Notes under the pieces: generated by a model
Told to the model about the DNA's origin: nothing
Seen by the model: only the letters and a program-made list of their open reading frames with translations
The model's database searches: none
In this document: positions 1-12,263 of the stretch, piece by piece
How the letters are laid out: each line of letters opens with the position of its first letter
Position numbering within the stretch: the stretch's first letter is position 1
DNA from: an uncultured Spirochaetota bacterium
Lineage (GTDB): Bacteria > Spirochaetota > Spirochaetia > SZUA-6 > Fen-1364
NCBI GenBank assembly: GCA_963745235.1
Contig: CAVUXE010000022.1
Location: 1-64,000 of the forward strand
Reading direction: 5' to 3'
DNA: 64,000 bases
Program-made: the position numbers and the translations under genes

Positions 1-1568
<1,568 letters not shown>

Positions 1569-1635
1569 ATTTTCCCCCTCACAATTGCTCCTGCAATTGT
1601 GGGGAAGGCTTTGGGCGGCAATCGCTGGAGCGCCG

Positions 1636-1656
1636 AACCCCACGGGATACCGTGGG
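1636..1656. repeat. 21-nt palindromic element in 23S-5S spacer (AACCCCACGGGATACCGTGGG)
   Basis: Reverse-orientation match to the units at 4597-4617 and 4648-4668. Confidence 0.7.
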
Positions 1657-1782
1657 AGGGCGCGAAACAGCGAGAGCGCGACACCCACTGCTGGCCCTTA
1701 TTGGGCATGCTCTTTCCTCTTCGTTCTTTCCCCTTGCCGCGGCCTCCCCACGGGTTGCTGCGGATGACGTTGGCAAAATATT

Positions 1783-1897
<115 letters not shown>

Positions 1898-2015
1898 TTT
1901 TTTGTTTGCCCGGGATGCTGCGCGCTCCGCGGACCCGCTTGACCAGCATGCCTGACAAATGCTGCCATGTCCGCGTGTTGAAAAGGCTCCTTTCTGTCGT
2001 GTTGGCTGGCACGCT

Positions 2016-3650
2016 TTGATCACCGTCAGTAACCTCACGCTCTCCTTCGGCAACAGGATTCTCTTCAAGGATGTCTCTCTGAAGTTTACTCCCGGCAACT
2101 GCTACGGCCTCATCGGGGCAAACGGTTCCGGCAAGACGTCCTTCCTGAAAATACTTTCCGCCGAGCTGGAGCCGGACAAGGGAAGCGTGATTCTCGGCGC
2201 GGGAAAACGCCTTTCGGTTCTCAGCCAGGACCACTTCGCATTCGAGGAACAGAGGGTCATTGATACGGTGATCATGGGTTCCTCCGGCCTGCACGCGGTC
2301 AGCAAGGAGAGGGAAGCCCTGTACGCGAAGAGCGATTTCACGGAAGCGGACGGCATGCGCATAAGCGAGTTGGAAGCCAAATTCGCCGAACTGGGGGGCT
2401 GGGAAGCTGAGGCGCAGGCCGCGGCGCTGCTTGCGGGCCTGGGGATCCCTGGGACTGCGCACGAAAAGCTCATGCGTGACGTTGACGAAGGGGTGAAGGT
2501 CCGCGCGCTCCTGGCGCAGGCCCTGTTCGGCAACCCTGACTTCCTCCTCCTGGACGAGCCGACGAACGGGCTGGACCTGGCATCAATCGCCTGGCTTGAG
2601 GAGTTCCTGATCGAGTTTCCCAACATCGTGATCGTGGTCTCGCATGATCGCCATTTCCTGAACGCCGTATGCACCCATACATGTGACATAGATTTCGGCC
2701 AGGTACGGATGTACGCCGGCAACTACGATTTCTGGTTTCGTATCAACAGGATCCTGGCGCAGCAGCAGAAGGACGAGAGGAAGCGCCGCGAAGAAAAGGT
2801 GAAAGACCTCAAGGAGTTCATCCAGCGCTTTGCGGCCAACGTATCCAAGAGCCGCCAGGCAACGTCCCGAAAGAAGATCCTGGAAAAGCTGGACGTGGAT
2901 GACTACGTCGCATCGAGCCGGCGGGTTCCCTACGTCAGCTTCAAGCCTTCCCGGGCGGTCGGCAACGTGGTCTTGGAAATTGAAAGGCTTTCGAGGTCCC
3001 TTGGCGAACGGCCGCTGTTCACGGCGCTTGATCTCGTCATTCTGCCTGAGGACAAGGTTGCTTTTGTTGGCAGGGAGCATCTGGCCAGGACGGCCTTGTT
3101 CCGCATCATCGCAAACGAAGATGCGCCCGATGAGGGTAGGTTCCTCTGGGGCCAGACGATCTCGTGGTCGTACTTCCCGAAGGAAAACGCGGACCTCTTC
3201 GACAGTGACATGCCCCTGATGAGCTGGCTCGCCCAATACAGCCCTACAGATGATGAGACGTTCGTCCGCTCGTTCCTCGGGCGAATGCTGTTTTCCGGTG
3301 ACGAAGGGCTGAAGCCGGTCCGCGTGCTGTCCGGCGGCGAGCGGGTGCGCTGCATCCTTGCCCGCCTCATGCTGTCGGGCGCCAACTGCCTGATCCTGGA
3401 CGAGCCGACCAATCACCTCGACCTCGAGGCCATCGAGGCCCTGGACGAAGGGCTGGTCGATTTCAGCGGTGTCCTGCTTTTCAGCAGCCATGATCACGAG
3501 TTCGTCACTTCAATTGCCAATCGCATCATCGAGATCTGCCCCGGCGGCGTCATCGATCGCCGGATGCCCTTCGACGACTACCTCGCGGACAAGCTGATCA
3601 CTGAGCTGCGGGACCAGCTATATCATGGGCATGTCCTGGCAGAGATCTGA
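2016..3650 (+). CDS. ABC-F family ribosome-associated ATPase (YbiT/YkpA-like)
   Basis: Two ABC domains (GANGSGKT, LLLDEPTN, LSGGE, LILDEPTNHLD), no TM segments, linker with QATSR; likely TTG start at 2016 (ORF track starts 1959). Confidence 0.93.
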   Translation: MITVSNLTLSFGNRILFKDVSLKFTPGNCYGLIGANGSGKTSFLKILSAELEPDKGSVILGAGKRLSVLSQDHFAFEEQRVIDTVIMGSSGLHAVSKEREALYAKSDFTEADGMRISELEAKFAELGGWEAEAQAAALLAGLGIPGTAHEKLMRDVDEGVKVRALLAQALFGNPDFLLLDEPTNGLDLASIAWLEEFLIEFPNIVIVVSHDRHFLNAVCTHTCDIDFGQVRMYAGNYDFWFRINRILAQQQKDERKRREEKVKDLKEFIQRFAANVSKSRQATSRKKILEKLDVDDYVASSRRVPYVSFKPSRAVGNVVLEIERLSRSLGERPLFTALDLVILPEDKVAFVGREHLARTALFRIIANEDAPDEGRFLWGQTISWSYFPKENADLFDSDMPLMSWLAQYSPTDDETFVRSFLGRMLFSGDEGLKPVRVLSGGERVRCILARLMLSGANCLILDEPTNHLDLEAIEALDEGLVDFSGVLLFSSHDHEFVTSIANRIIEICPGGVIDRRMPFDDYLADKLITELRDQLYHGHVLAEI

Positions 3651-3907
3651 GCCTCGGGCTGTCCACAATAATAAGAAGGCTGGCCACACTGGACAACGAC
3701 CTTGCCAACATTGATTGTCCCTCTGAGAAAGTGTTCGAAGGCCCTCTGTAACGCAGTAGAATCAAAAGGCACAACCTGTGTGATGACAGGTTTCAGCTTC
3801 CCTTCCTCGTACCATAGCACTGCCTGCCTGAGTCCCTCGGCAACCTTCGGCGTCTGACTCTTGGAGAGTGGGTCGGTGCCATGCCTGCCGAGGTCCCCGA
3901 TGACCAT
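3623..3907 (-). pseudogene. C-terminal fragment of a medium-chain (zinc-binding/quinone) oxidoreductase
   Basis: EEGKLKPVITQVVPF...AFEHFLRG...GKVVV matches the MDR C-terminus; no N-terminal part. Confidence 0.7.
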
Positions 3908-3990
3908 CTTCGCCCCACGCCCCTCCACAACCGTTTGTCATGTCTTCCACAGCAAATTGTGTCATTTGAGCCGCAGTGCCAAGCCGGATG

Positions 3991-4150
3991 CTTGGAGGGT
4001 TGGGGCACTTTGCCGCGCAGATCGCCAAGCTTCACGGATTGAAGGTCATTGGTACAGCGCGCAAGCCCAAAACCCTCGAGCTCCTCCGGCAGCTGCAACT
4101 CGATCAGGTCATCGACTACAACAAGCAGAACGTCGTTGAGGAGATCATGG
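3991..4150 (+). pseudogene. Internal fragment of a medium-chain oxidoreductase (nucleotide-binding region)
   Basis: GGLGHFAAQIAKLHGLKVIGTA...DQVIDY. Confidence 0.75.
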
Positions 4151-4335
4151 GAGCAGAGGAGCGACGGAGAAGCGGGTCTCGGCTGCCAAGTCAACTACCA
4201 CCGAAGGCTCGCCCGACATCAGCGCGTACGCACAATGTGACCCGCTGCCGGCGGGGAGCCCCCCACCAGTCCGTCCTTCCAGCCGACCGCGGCGCGCAAG
4301 AGCAGGTTTGTCGCATCCGGCGGTGGTGCTCACCG
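4150..4335 (-). pseudogene. GAF-domain fragment of a sensor protein
   Basis: Minus strand reads LLLRAAVGWKDGLV then, after a frame change, SHCAYALMSGEPSVVVDLAAETRFS, resembling sensor-kinase/GGDEF GAF segments. Confidence 0.55.
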
Positions 4336-4596
4336 CCATCCGGATCAGGCTGATCTTGCCCAAGAGTTCACATCGACGGCAAGGTTTGGGCACCTCGATG
4401 TCGGCTCATCGCATCCGGGGCTGGAGCAGGTCCCAAGGGTTTGGCTGTTCGCCAATTAAAGCGGTACGTGAGCTGGGTTCAGAACGTCGCGAGACAGTTC
4501 GGTCCCTATCTGCCATGGGCGTTGGTTGCTTGAGAGGAGCTGTTCCTAGTACGAGAGGACCGGAATGGACGAACCTCTGGTGTACCTGTTATCGCG

Positions 4597-4617
4597 GCCA
4601 CGGTATTCCGTGGCATT
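4597..4617. repeat. Palindromic element GCCACGGTATTCCGTGGCATT inserted in the 23S copy
   Basis: Absent from the intact 23S at the equivalent site (~1362). Confidence 0.85.
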
Positions 4618-4647
4618 CTCTGCCAAGGGTAGGCGCAGGGTAGCCCT

Positions 4648-4701
<54 letters not shown>

Positions 4702-5005
4702 TGGGAAACCCGCCTCAAGATCAAGCAACCCTGGGAGTTAAACTCCCCAACAGTGACCTGGGAGAGAACCAGGTCGATAGGCTGGAGGTCTGCGTGCGGC
4801 AACGCACTCAGCCGACCAGTACTAATTTACCGTGAGGCTTGACCATATTTCCCCTCTCACAATCTCGGCAGGAGATTGTGGGATAAGGGGCGCCACGGCT
4901 ACGGAGTGGCGACCCGCTAGGGCGTTGCGCCGGGAGCACGACACCCACTGCTGGCCCTTATTGGGCGTGCTCTTTTCTCCTCGTTTCTTTCCTTGTGTGA
5001 ATATT

Positions 5006-5120
5006 GCCTGGTGACTATGGCGCAGGGGAACCACCCGTTCCCATCCCGAGCACGGAAGTTAAGCCCTGCCGCGCAGATGGTACTGCCGCTTGACGGCGGG
5101 AGAATAGGTCGTTGCCAGGC
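5006..5120 (+). rRNA. rrf: Second 5S rRNA copy, divergent (possibly pseudogene)
   Basis: Full length, 4 substitutions versus 1783-1897, including CCGAAC>CCGAGC and GAGAGTAGG>GAGAATAGG. Confidence 0.85.
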
Positions 5121-5203
5121 TTTTTTATTTGCCCAAAAGGCACCTCGGCTCGCAGTACTCCGCGGATTTGGATGGGCCAAACGCCGACTTGAGGCGGCGC
5201 CAC

Positions 5204-7339
5204 CTACTCTTCCAGCATCACGGCTGCTGACTGTGACTCCAGGGTCACCCGTCCATCAGTTTGCCGCCAGCCCTCGTCTTCAACAGTCCGATACCGCAAT
5301 GGTGCCCCACCGCCCTCGAGCTTCACGGAGACGGTCCTGCTCTTGTCCTCCTCGTAGTTGGCGACAACCACCGCGCGCTTCCTGTCGGATATTCTCAGGA
5401 AGACTGAATAAGGGTGGTAAGGCAAACCGTTTTCATCAAGAACCGTTGCGCCCCGTATATCGCGGAACTCGCCGTCCCACAGGTACGCCCGAAGATCTGT
5501 GCGCAGGGCATCCATTTTCCGGCCGTAGCTGATCGTGTCCGGAAAATCGGAAAGCCGGCCTTTGAAGTTGAAGGGCTCGTAGCTCACCACGTAGCGGTAC
5601 AGGAGGCACTGGTTGATCATGTTGCGGTCATTGAAGCCCGTGACTGCAGTCATGATCAGCGCCTCCGGCCGCAGGTAGCGCGTGAGGGGGATGTGCCGAA
5701 CGTTCCAACTCCTGTGATAGGAAAGACTGTAGGTTTCCAGCTCCCAATCGTAGCATGCCTCTCCGGCAAACAGGAAATCTGCCGTCCGCCTGCCTGCCAT
5801 GGCTCGAAGCCGTTGGATCAGGTGACGGTCGTTCGCGTAGACCGGCGCTCCATAGCGGTGCTTGTGCGTCACGTCAAAGCACAGGAGGGCCTGCCCGTGA
5901 TGCTGACACTCATCATAGAGGATACCGTCCGCCCCGAGGTCGAGCACCTTCTGGAACTCCTTCTCGCACAATGAAAGGTACTCTTCCGAAAGGAAGCACA
6001 TCGGAACGAGACGCTTGGTGTTGATATCCAGCAGCTGCGTGCTGGTCTGGTACTGGTACCCGGGATACACGTAGTAGTCCCCGTAGGGGTCCTTGATCGC
6101 CATGCTCTGCAGGTGCATGTGGAAGTCCCTTGTTGCCCTGTCCGCCCAGGTGAACTTGGCGAACAGGACAACCTTCACGCCGAGGGACTGGATCCGGGCA
6201 ATGGCCTTTCTCAGCTCGTCCGTCGTGCCTAGACGCGGATCAGGGTCATGGGAAGGATTGCCCTGGTCCTGCCCGCCGTCGTTCCACCCCACGAGCTGGA
6301 TTGCCCGCACCCCGTGTTTCGCGCACTCTTCCCCGATCTCCACGAGGTTGTTGAAGCTCCGCCGCAGCTCGTCCTCCGGGGAGTTGATGTGGATTTGTTG
6401 CCAGGAATGTGGCTCTCGGGCCCATGCAGGAGTTGCCGGTTTTCCCGTCCACGTGTCGCGCCACGCGCGGTAGATGTCCGCGCCGCTGTGCCAGGAGCCG
6501 GTGAAAGCTCGGCACATGATTGGCGTCAGCTCGCGGGACTCACCCGGCGCGACAAACGGCACGTGGACGGCGGCAAACCTGACGGCCACGTCCTTTCCTG
6601 CGATCGTCCCCGTTGCAGGAACCCGACTGTCCATGGAGCTTGCGTATCCCGGGTGAAGCTCAGTCTGCCAGGCCACCAGCTCAGCGCTAGGGCGGCCCAC
6701 CCCTACGTACAGGCCTTCCAGCGGCGAGCCCAGGAGGATGAACGGAGACATGGGAGCGCCGCAGTACGCTACGCCTTCGCTCACCTGGACAGGGTAGTCC
6801 ATTCCGTAGTAGCCCCGGAGGTTGTCGTAGGTGGGCCGCAGGCCCCACTGCTGGGCCGTGCCATAATGGTAGAGGAAAGTCCTGATGGCCGCTCTTGGAT
6901 CCTCCTGCGGCGCGACGTCGCCGATCCAGGGATAGAAGGCGTTTTCCACGAAGTACCGGGAGTTGTTTTCAATCGTCATGGAAAAAACAAGATCTTGTTC
7001 GTTCGCATCCACCCGGCAGGTAAGGCGAATCGGCACCAGCTCGCTCGTGGAGAGCTGCAGCCGGTCCCATTCGAAAGTGGCGGTCCTGCCTCTCTCCTCA
7101 CTGACGCGAGGGGGAGACTGGTGCAGCCCGTCTGCGTAGACATTGCGCCTGCCCGCAGCGTGCCAGTCCTCAGCCGTCCGCGTGGGGACAAGAAGCCGGA
7201 AGGAAAGGCCAACCGAGCGTCGATCCAAGACGCGCCAGCCCGTCAGGAGGGATTCCAGGCGGACAAGAGCGCCGGTGGAGGCGTCGAATCCGGCCTGCAG
7301 GTTGGCGTTTCCGATGGTGATCACGGTGGAAGATTTCAT
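5204..7339 (-). CDS. Putative glycoside hydrolase (DUF6259-like)
   Basis: 711 aa, beta-rich N-terminus and barrel-like core (LVGWNDGGQDQGNP, GADGILYDE); last gene of a sugar ABC operon. Confidence 0.65.
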   Translation of the reverse strand: MKSSTVITIGNANLQAGFDASTGALVRLESLLTGWRVLDRRSVGLSFRLLVPTRTAEDWHAAGRRNVYADGLHQSPPRVSEERGRTATFEWDRLQLSTSELVPIRLTCRVDANEQDLVFSMTIENNSRYFVENAFYPWIGDVAPQEDPRAAIRTFLYHYGTAQQWGLRPTYDNLRGYYGMDYPVQVSEGVAYCGAPMSPFILLGSPLEGLYVGVGRPSAELVAWQTELHPGYASSMDSRVPATGTIAGKDVAVRFAAVHVPFVAPGESRELTPIMCRAFTGSWHSGADIYRAWRDTWTGKPATPAWAREPHSWQQIHINSPEDELRRSFNNLVEIGEECAKHGVRAIQLVGWNDGGQDQGNPSHDPDPRLGTTDELRKAIARIQSLGVKVVLFAKFTWADRATRDFHMHLQSMAIKDPYGDYYVYPGYQYQTSTQLLDINTKRLVPMCFLSEEYLSLCEKEFQKVLDLGADGILYDECQHHGQALLCFDVTHKHRYGAPVYANDRHLIQRLRAMAGRRTADFLFAGEACYDWELETYSLSYHRSWNVRHIPLTRYLRPEALIMTAVTGFNDRNMINQCLLYRYVVSYEPFNFKGRLSDFPDTISYGRKMDALRTDLRAYLWDGEFRDIRGATVLDENGLPYHPYSVFLRISDRKRAVVVANYEEDKSRTVSVKLEGGGAPLRYRTVEDEGWRQTDGRVTLESQSAAVMLEE

Positions 7340-7413
7340 GCAACCCCTCCAATCAAGTCACAGTTTCAAGTGCGGTTCACGTTCACGGCTTCAGCGGTCC
7401 CGCCGTTTCAGGC

Positions 7414-8244
7414 TCACATCTTCAAAGCCCCTGCCGTCAGTCCGCTGATGAACTGCCTCTGGAAGACAGCGTACAGCGCGATGACAGGCACGTTGATGAT
7501 GACCAGCGCGGCAAACAGTCGGGGAAAATCCGTCATGCCCCACTGCTGGCTGAATGCCATGAGCCCGAGGGTCACCGTCTGCAGGGACGGGCTCTGAAGA
7601 AGCACCAAGGGGAGGAAGTACTGGTTCCAGACGCTGAAAGACTGGAAGACGATGACGGTTGCCAGCCCCGGCCGTGACAGAGGAAGGATGATGGACCTGA
7701 TGATCGTGATTCGCCGGCAGCCGTCAACGAACGCGGACTCCTCCAGCTCGAACGGGACGGTCTTGAGAAAGGCCGTCAGGAGAAAGATGGAGAACGGGAT
7801 GCCGCCAGCCACGTACGGGAGAATGAGCCCGAGCCGGGAATTGAGGATGCCCAGCGAAGATTCCAGGGTATAGAGCGGGATGATGATAACCTGGGAGGGA
7901 AACAGCATGGTCCCCACCAGGACGATCATGATCAGATTGCTCCCGGGAAACTTGATCCTGGCCTGCGCGTAAGCGGCAAAATAGCAGAGGACGAGGATCA
8001 GGATCACGGAGGCCGCCGTCAGGACGAAGGTGTTATACATCGTGAGGGCCACATTCCCGACAGTCCATGCCAGGGGATAGTTCGACCATTCGAAGACGTG
8101 GGGCGGACCCCACACCAGCGTGTACATCTCCCGCTGGTTCTTCAGGGACAGAAAGATCATCCACACAAGCGGGTAGACGACGATAAGCGCGAGGACGAGA
8201 AGCGCCGCATGGACCAGGGCGCGCGAAGCTGCACTAGAGCGCAC
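7414..8244 (-). CDS. Carbohydrate ABC transporter permease (MalG-type)
   Basis: Hydrophobic, EAA-like motif ELEESAFVDG. Confidence 0.93.
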   Translation of the reverse strand: MRSSAASRALVHAALLVLALIVVYPLVWMIFLSLKNQREMYTLVWGPPHVFEWSNYPLAWTVGNVALTMYNTFVLTAASVILILVLCYFAAYAQARIKFPGSNLIMIVLVGTMLFPSQVIIIPLYTLESSLGILNSRLGLILPYVAGGIPFSIFLLTAFLKTVPFELEESAFVDGCRRITIIRSIILPLSRPGLATVIVFQSFSVWNQYFLPLVLLQSPSLQTVTLGLMAFSQQWGMTDFPRLFAALVIINVPVIALYAVFQRQFISGLTAGALKM

Positions 8245-8283
8245 CGCCGGCCTCCTTTTTCGTCCGTAGTGAAAACTGCCGTG

Positions 8284-9156
8284 TCACAGCTTCTCCCTCG
8301 TGAAGCGCTGCTGCCACAGAGAGATCAGGATGACGATGACGAAAAGCACCACCACCATCGCCGTCCCGTACCCCAGCTCCTGCTGTTGGAAGGTGCGAAG
8401 ATACATGTATGTGAGAAGCACCTCGGAGGAGTTGTAGGGTCCGCCGCCGGTGATCACGTACACAGGATCAAAGACGCTGAACGCGCCCATCAGGGCGATG
8501 GTGAGGTTGATGACTGATATCTGGCGGATACCGGGCAGGGTGATGCTCATGATCCGCCGCAGAAAGGACGCGCCGTCCACCACGGCCGCCTCGTACAGCT
8601 CGTTGGGGATGGTCTGGAGGCCGGCCAGGAAAATGACGGTGTGGTAGCCGGTCCATTTCCAGACGTCCACGATCACGACCGACCACAGGGCGATCTGCGG
8701 ATTCGACAGCCAGCCCACCGGGCTGTGCGTGAGGCCGCTTGCCTGCAGGAGGAAGTCGAAGAGACCGAAAACGGGATTGTAGATCCACCTCCAGAGCAAC
8801 CCCACTGCGACGAACGACATGACGACAGGAGTGAAATACAGGGTTCTGTAGACAGTCATGCCGCGGATCCTGGCATTCAGGAGCAACGCAAAAATGAACC
8901 CCAGCGCTATCTTTCCGACAACGCTGCCCAGCGCATACAACACGTTGTGCCAGAGGGAGGCGAGGAAGCGGGGATCCGATGCCAGATGGACGTAGTTCCC
9001 GAGCCCGAGGAACTGGCGCTGGGAAACACCGTTCCATCGGTAGAGTGAGATGACGATCCCGGAGAGGAACGGGTACAGCATGAAAGCCACATAGACCAGA
9101 AGGGCAGGGAGAAGGAAACCGTAGGCAACATACACATCGCTCTTCGTTCGCGTCAT
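8284..9156 (-). CDS. Carbohydrate ABC transporter permease (MalF-type)
   Basis: LAGLQTIPNELYEAAVVDGA; likely ATG at 9156. Confidence 0.93.
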   Translation of the reverse strand: MTRTKSDVYVAYGFLLPALLVYVAFMLYPFLSGIVISLYRWNGVSQRQFLGLGNYVHLASDPRFLASLWHNVLYALGSVVGKIALGFIFALLLNARIRGMTVYRTLYFTPVVMSFVAVGLLWRWIYNPVFGLFDFLLQASGLTHSPVGWLSNPQIALWSVVIVDVWKWTGYHTVIFLAGLQTIPNELYEAAVVDGASFLRRIMSITLPGIRQISVINLTIALMGAFSVFDPVYVITGGGPYNSSEVLLTYMYLRTFQQQELGYGTAMVVVLFVIVILISLWQQRFTREKL

Positions 9157-9238
9157 CTTTGCATCCAAGGGACGGGACGCCCCGGGGGAGCGTTGGCCCA
9201 ACCTTGTCAGGCCGCACCATCCGGGCGCCGGGCGTCTC

Positions 9239-10534
9239 CTATTTGAACATGTAGCCTCCTGCGACGAGGTCCTGGTACGTCTTCTGGACAGCATCCATAG
9301 CCGCCTGGGGCGTCTTCTGTTGCCCGACAACAGCCTGGATCTGCTCCTGGAAGGCATTCACGATTTTCTGCGGCCAGGTCCAGTCAAGGAAAGTCACCGT
9401 GTGCGGAAGGAATTCGCTTCTCAACTGCTGCGCAAGGGGATCCGCGTTGGGTATCTGGACGTTGACGTTGACCGCGAGCGGGTTGTGCGCCTGGATGCAG
9501 TATGCCTGGTCGAACGAATCATTTGTGACAAAATCGATGAACTTTTCCGCCAGGGAAAGGCGGGACGGGTCGATGGCTGCATAGATGGTGGCCGCATTGC
9601 CGCTTCCACCCGTCATCTGGACCGGCAGGCTGCTGCCCGTGAGCTTCGGGAACGGAAGAACGCCAAGTTGATCAGCCGTCATTCCAGCCTGCCGGAAGCC
9701 TGCAATTTCCCACGTGCCTCCGTAGAACATCGCAGCCTTGCCTGATGTGAAAATTGCCTGTGCGCCGCCGCGATCGTCCACGCCGTTCACGTCCGGCTCG
9801 AATACGCCATCCTTGCCGAGATTGGCGAGCGCCTGCATTGCGTCCAGGTACGCGGGATCGGTGAAGGTCGTCTTCCCCTGCAGTGTCTGCCGCGTCAATT
9901 CCTCGGACTGGTTGTTGGCGGTCTGAGCGAACGTCTGGAAGAACCACATGGGCCACATGTAAATGGTGCTGCCGCCCATGGCGATGCCGTAGACCCCCTG
10001 CTCCTTCAGTGCCTTCACCACCGCGACGAGGTCATCATATGTCTTGGGAGGCGCGAGGTTGTATTTTGCAAAGATCTGCTTGTTGTAGTACAAGGCGCTG
10101 GTATTCATTGCTCCGTAGGGAATTGCATAGAGGTGGCCCTCGACGGCGTAGGGCGTAAGAGAGGTCGGAACGAACCTGTCCTTGTACGTGACGACGTCAG
10201 TCAGATTTTTCAGTAGGCCATCGAGCGCCATCCAGCGCACGTCCTGCCCGTTCTGGGTCAGCGCATCGATCTGGGATTTTGCCTGAACCGCCGCAATGAA
10301 CTTTTCATGGAAGTTTTCAGACGGCACTGTTGCAATCTGGATGTCCACATTGTTCTGCTGCTCAAAAGGCTTGTACTGGTCGGCAAACCATTGCGCGAAG
10401 CTGGTATCAATGTTCCAGACGATCATGGTCTGCTTTGCACCCGGAGAGGGCGCCCCCTTTTCCTTCGTTCCCGTGGCGAATCCCGCCGCTGCAACCAGAA
10501 GAAAGATTACTCCGATCCCGAATCGAGTTCTCAT
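9239..10534 (-). CDS. Sugar ABC transporter substrate-binding protein
   Basis: Signal peptide, LYAIPY...LYYNKQIF, FTSGKAAM. Confidence 0.93.
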   Translation of the reverse strand: MRTRFGIGVIFLLVAAAGFATGTKEKGAPSPGAKQTMIVWNIDTSFAQWFADQYKPFEQQNNVDIQIATVPSENFHEKFIAAVQAKSQIDALTQNGQDVRWMALDGLLKNLTDVVTYKDRFVPTSLTPYAVEGHLYAIPYGAMNTSALYYNKQIFAKYNLAPPKTYDDLVAVVKALKEQGVYGIAMGGSTIYMWPMWFFQTFAQTANNQSEELTRQTLQGKTTFTDPAYLDAMQALANLGKDGVFEPDVNGVDDRGGAQAIFTSGKAAMFYGGTWEIAGFRQAGMTADQLGVLPFPKLTGSSLPVQMTGGSGNAATIYAAIDPSRLSLAEKFIDFVTNDSFDQAYCIQAHNPLAVNVNVQIPNADPLAQQLRSEFLPHTVTFLDWTWPQKIVNAFQEQIQAVVGQQKTPQAAMDAVQKTYQDLVAGGYMFK

Positions 10535-10619
10535 CGTTCTCCTCCTCGGATTTGACGCTATCCGGTGGAAGTGCCCACCGCCTGATACAAAAGTACTTGA
10601 ACGCGGAGCCGGCAGCCCA

Positions 10620-11708
10620 TCACCTCCTTTCCAGGGATGAATCCGGCGGCGCGCGCGGGGGTTCCGCAGCCTCCGGCTTCTTCAATGACCGGGTGGAGTC
10701 CCGGATGACCAGTTCCGGCTTGAACGTGAGCGCCTGTCTTCCATCCGTTTTCTCATCCCGGATTTCGAAGAGCAGTTCCACGGCCCTTCTCGCCATTTCC
10801 TTGATGGGCTGGTTGACCGTGGTCAGCCGCGGATTGCAGAACTCTGACTGAACCAGATTGTCCATTCCAACCACGGAGATCTGCTCCGGGACCCTGACTC
10901 CTTTTCGCTGCAGCTCGCTCATTGCCCCGATTGCCATGAGATCGTTCTGGGCCCAGATGGCAGTCACGCGAATGCCGTTTTCGACGATGGCCCGGGCGGC
11001 CGCTCGCCCCGAAGCGAACTCGAAGTCCCCTTTGAATATCTGGCGCTCCTCCAGACTGATGGAGGCATGGGAGAGCGCGTCCCGGAAACCCCGGAGGCGC
11101 TCCTGACTGACAAATTGGTTCCAGGGGCCAGTGACGCAGAAACACTGCCGGTGCCCAAGGGCAGCCAGGTGTTCGCCTGCCAGCCTGCCGGCCTCACAGT
11201 CGTCCAGCAAGACCCGGCAGGAGTCCTGGGAGTCCTGGTAGCAGTCGAAAAGCACCAGAGGGAGGGTTGAATCTCGTATCGTGTGGAACATCTGCTCGTT
11301 GACGAACGGCGACAAGAGGATCAATCCGTCGATTTTTCTCCCAAGCAGCTTGTGAACAACGCGCGTCTCTGTTTCCGGGCTCAACCCTTTCGTGTTGGCC
11401 AGGATGAGAGTGAACCCGTGTCTTGAGGTGTAATCTTCCACGTAATTGATGACGCTGGAGAAGAACTCATGGGATATCTCCGTCAGCACCAAACCGATGA
11501 ATCCGCCGCTCTTCTCCTTCAGTCCCCTGGCAAGGAGATTGGGAACATAATTCAGCTCTCGGATGACTTTCAGGACTCGCTCTTTGGTGTCCTTTTCAAC
11601 AGTTGCAGAATTGGTGACAACGCGAGAGACGGTTGCGATTGAAACGCCCGCCTTACGGGCAACTTCCTTGATTGACGGCAGTGGCGATGAAGGCAACGGA
11701 ACCTCCAT
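10620..11708 (-). CDS. LacI family transcriptional regulator
   Basis: SIKEVARKAGVSIATVSRV HTH, YVPNLLARGL, PRLTTVNQP. Confidence 0.96.
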   Translation of the reverse strand: MEVPLPSSPLPSIKEVARKAGVSIATVSRVVTNSATVEKDTKERVLKVIRELNYVPNLLARGLKEKSGGFIGLVLTEISHEFFSSVINYVEDYTSRHGFTLILANTKGLSPETETRVVHKLLGRKIDGLILLSPFVNEQMFHTIRDSTLPLVLFDCYQDSQDSCRVLLDDCEAGRLAGEHLAALGHRQCFCVTGPWNQFVSQERLRGFRDALSHASISLEERQIFKGDFEFASGRAAARAIVENGIRVTAIWAQNDLMAIGAMSELQRKGVRVPEQISVVGMDNLVQSEFCNPRLTTVNQPIKEMARRAVELLFEIRDEKTDGRQALTFKPELVIRDSTRSLKKPEAAEPPRAPPDSSLERR

Positions 11709-11735
11709 GTAAACGTATACGAATACGTTTACATG
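11706..11735. promoter_or_regulatory. Perfect 13-bp inverted repeat / tandem LacI-type operators
   Basis: CATGTAAACGTAT-ACGA-ATACGTTTACATG overlapping the LacI start; each half resembles the TGTAAACG...TACA LacI-family site. Confidence 0.75.
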
Positions 11736-11781
11736 ACGAAAATGTAAGCCAGAAAGTCAATCATGTCAATAAGGGGACGTT

Positions 11782-12110
11782 ATGGTGTCAGCAGGAGTCG
11801 GCATCATCAACGGGCTACTCGTCACGCGCGCAAAGATCAACTCCTTCAGCGCGACCCTCGGGACGGGCACGTTGATCTACGGCGTGTCAAACCTGTACGC
11901 AGGGGGTGCTCAGGTGACCGGTGCGCTGCCGGATGCCTTTGTGGCAATATCCTCGGCCCCGCTGGGAATCCCGCTTCCTGCGGTCTACGTGGTCGTACTC
12001 GGGACGGCTCTGTGGATCGTAGAGGAGTATCGCCCCCTGGGCCGCTGCCTCTATGTGCTGGGCGCGAATCCCCGGGCAGCGCTCCTCACCGGCATTCCGG
12101 AATGGAGTCG
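11782..12110 (+). pseudogene. Internal fragment of an RbsC-type sugar ABC permease
   Basis: GIINGLLVTRAKINSFSATLG...GRCLYVLGANPRAALLTGI; both ends missing. Confidence 0.75.
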
Positions 12111-12263
12111 CCGCCAGCGGGCTGTGAAAGGGCGGTTCGGAAGCGGGTCTGCAGCGCGTGGTGAGCCCGTCTACCGTGCTATCGGCGGGCATGCCGGAGA
12201 TCGCCGACCTCGCTGAACGTCAAGGCGACACGAGTGTTCAAGTCGTCGATACGGACAAATTCA

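Noticed and set aside
4190-4199. GTCAACTACC resembling the start of IscB omega/HEARO RNA
   Set aside because: No iscB or tnpB nearby, and the sequence is explained as the antisense of a GAF fragment
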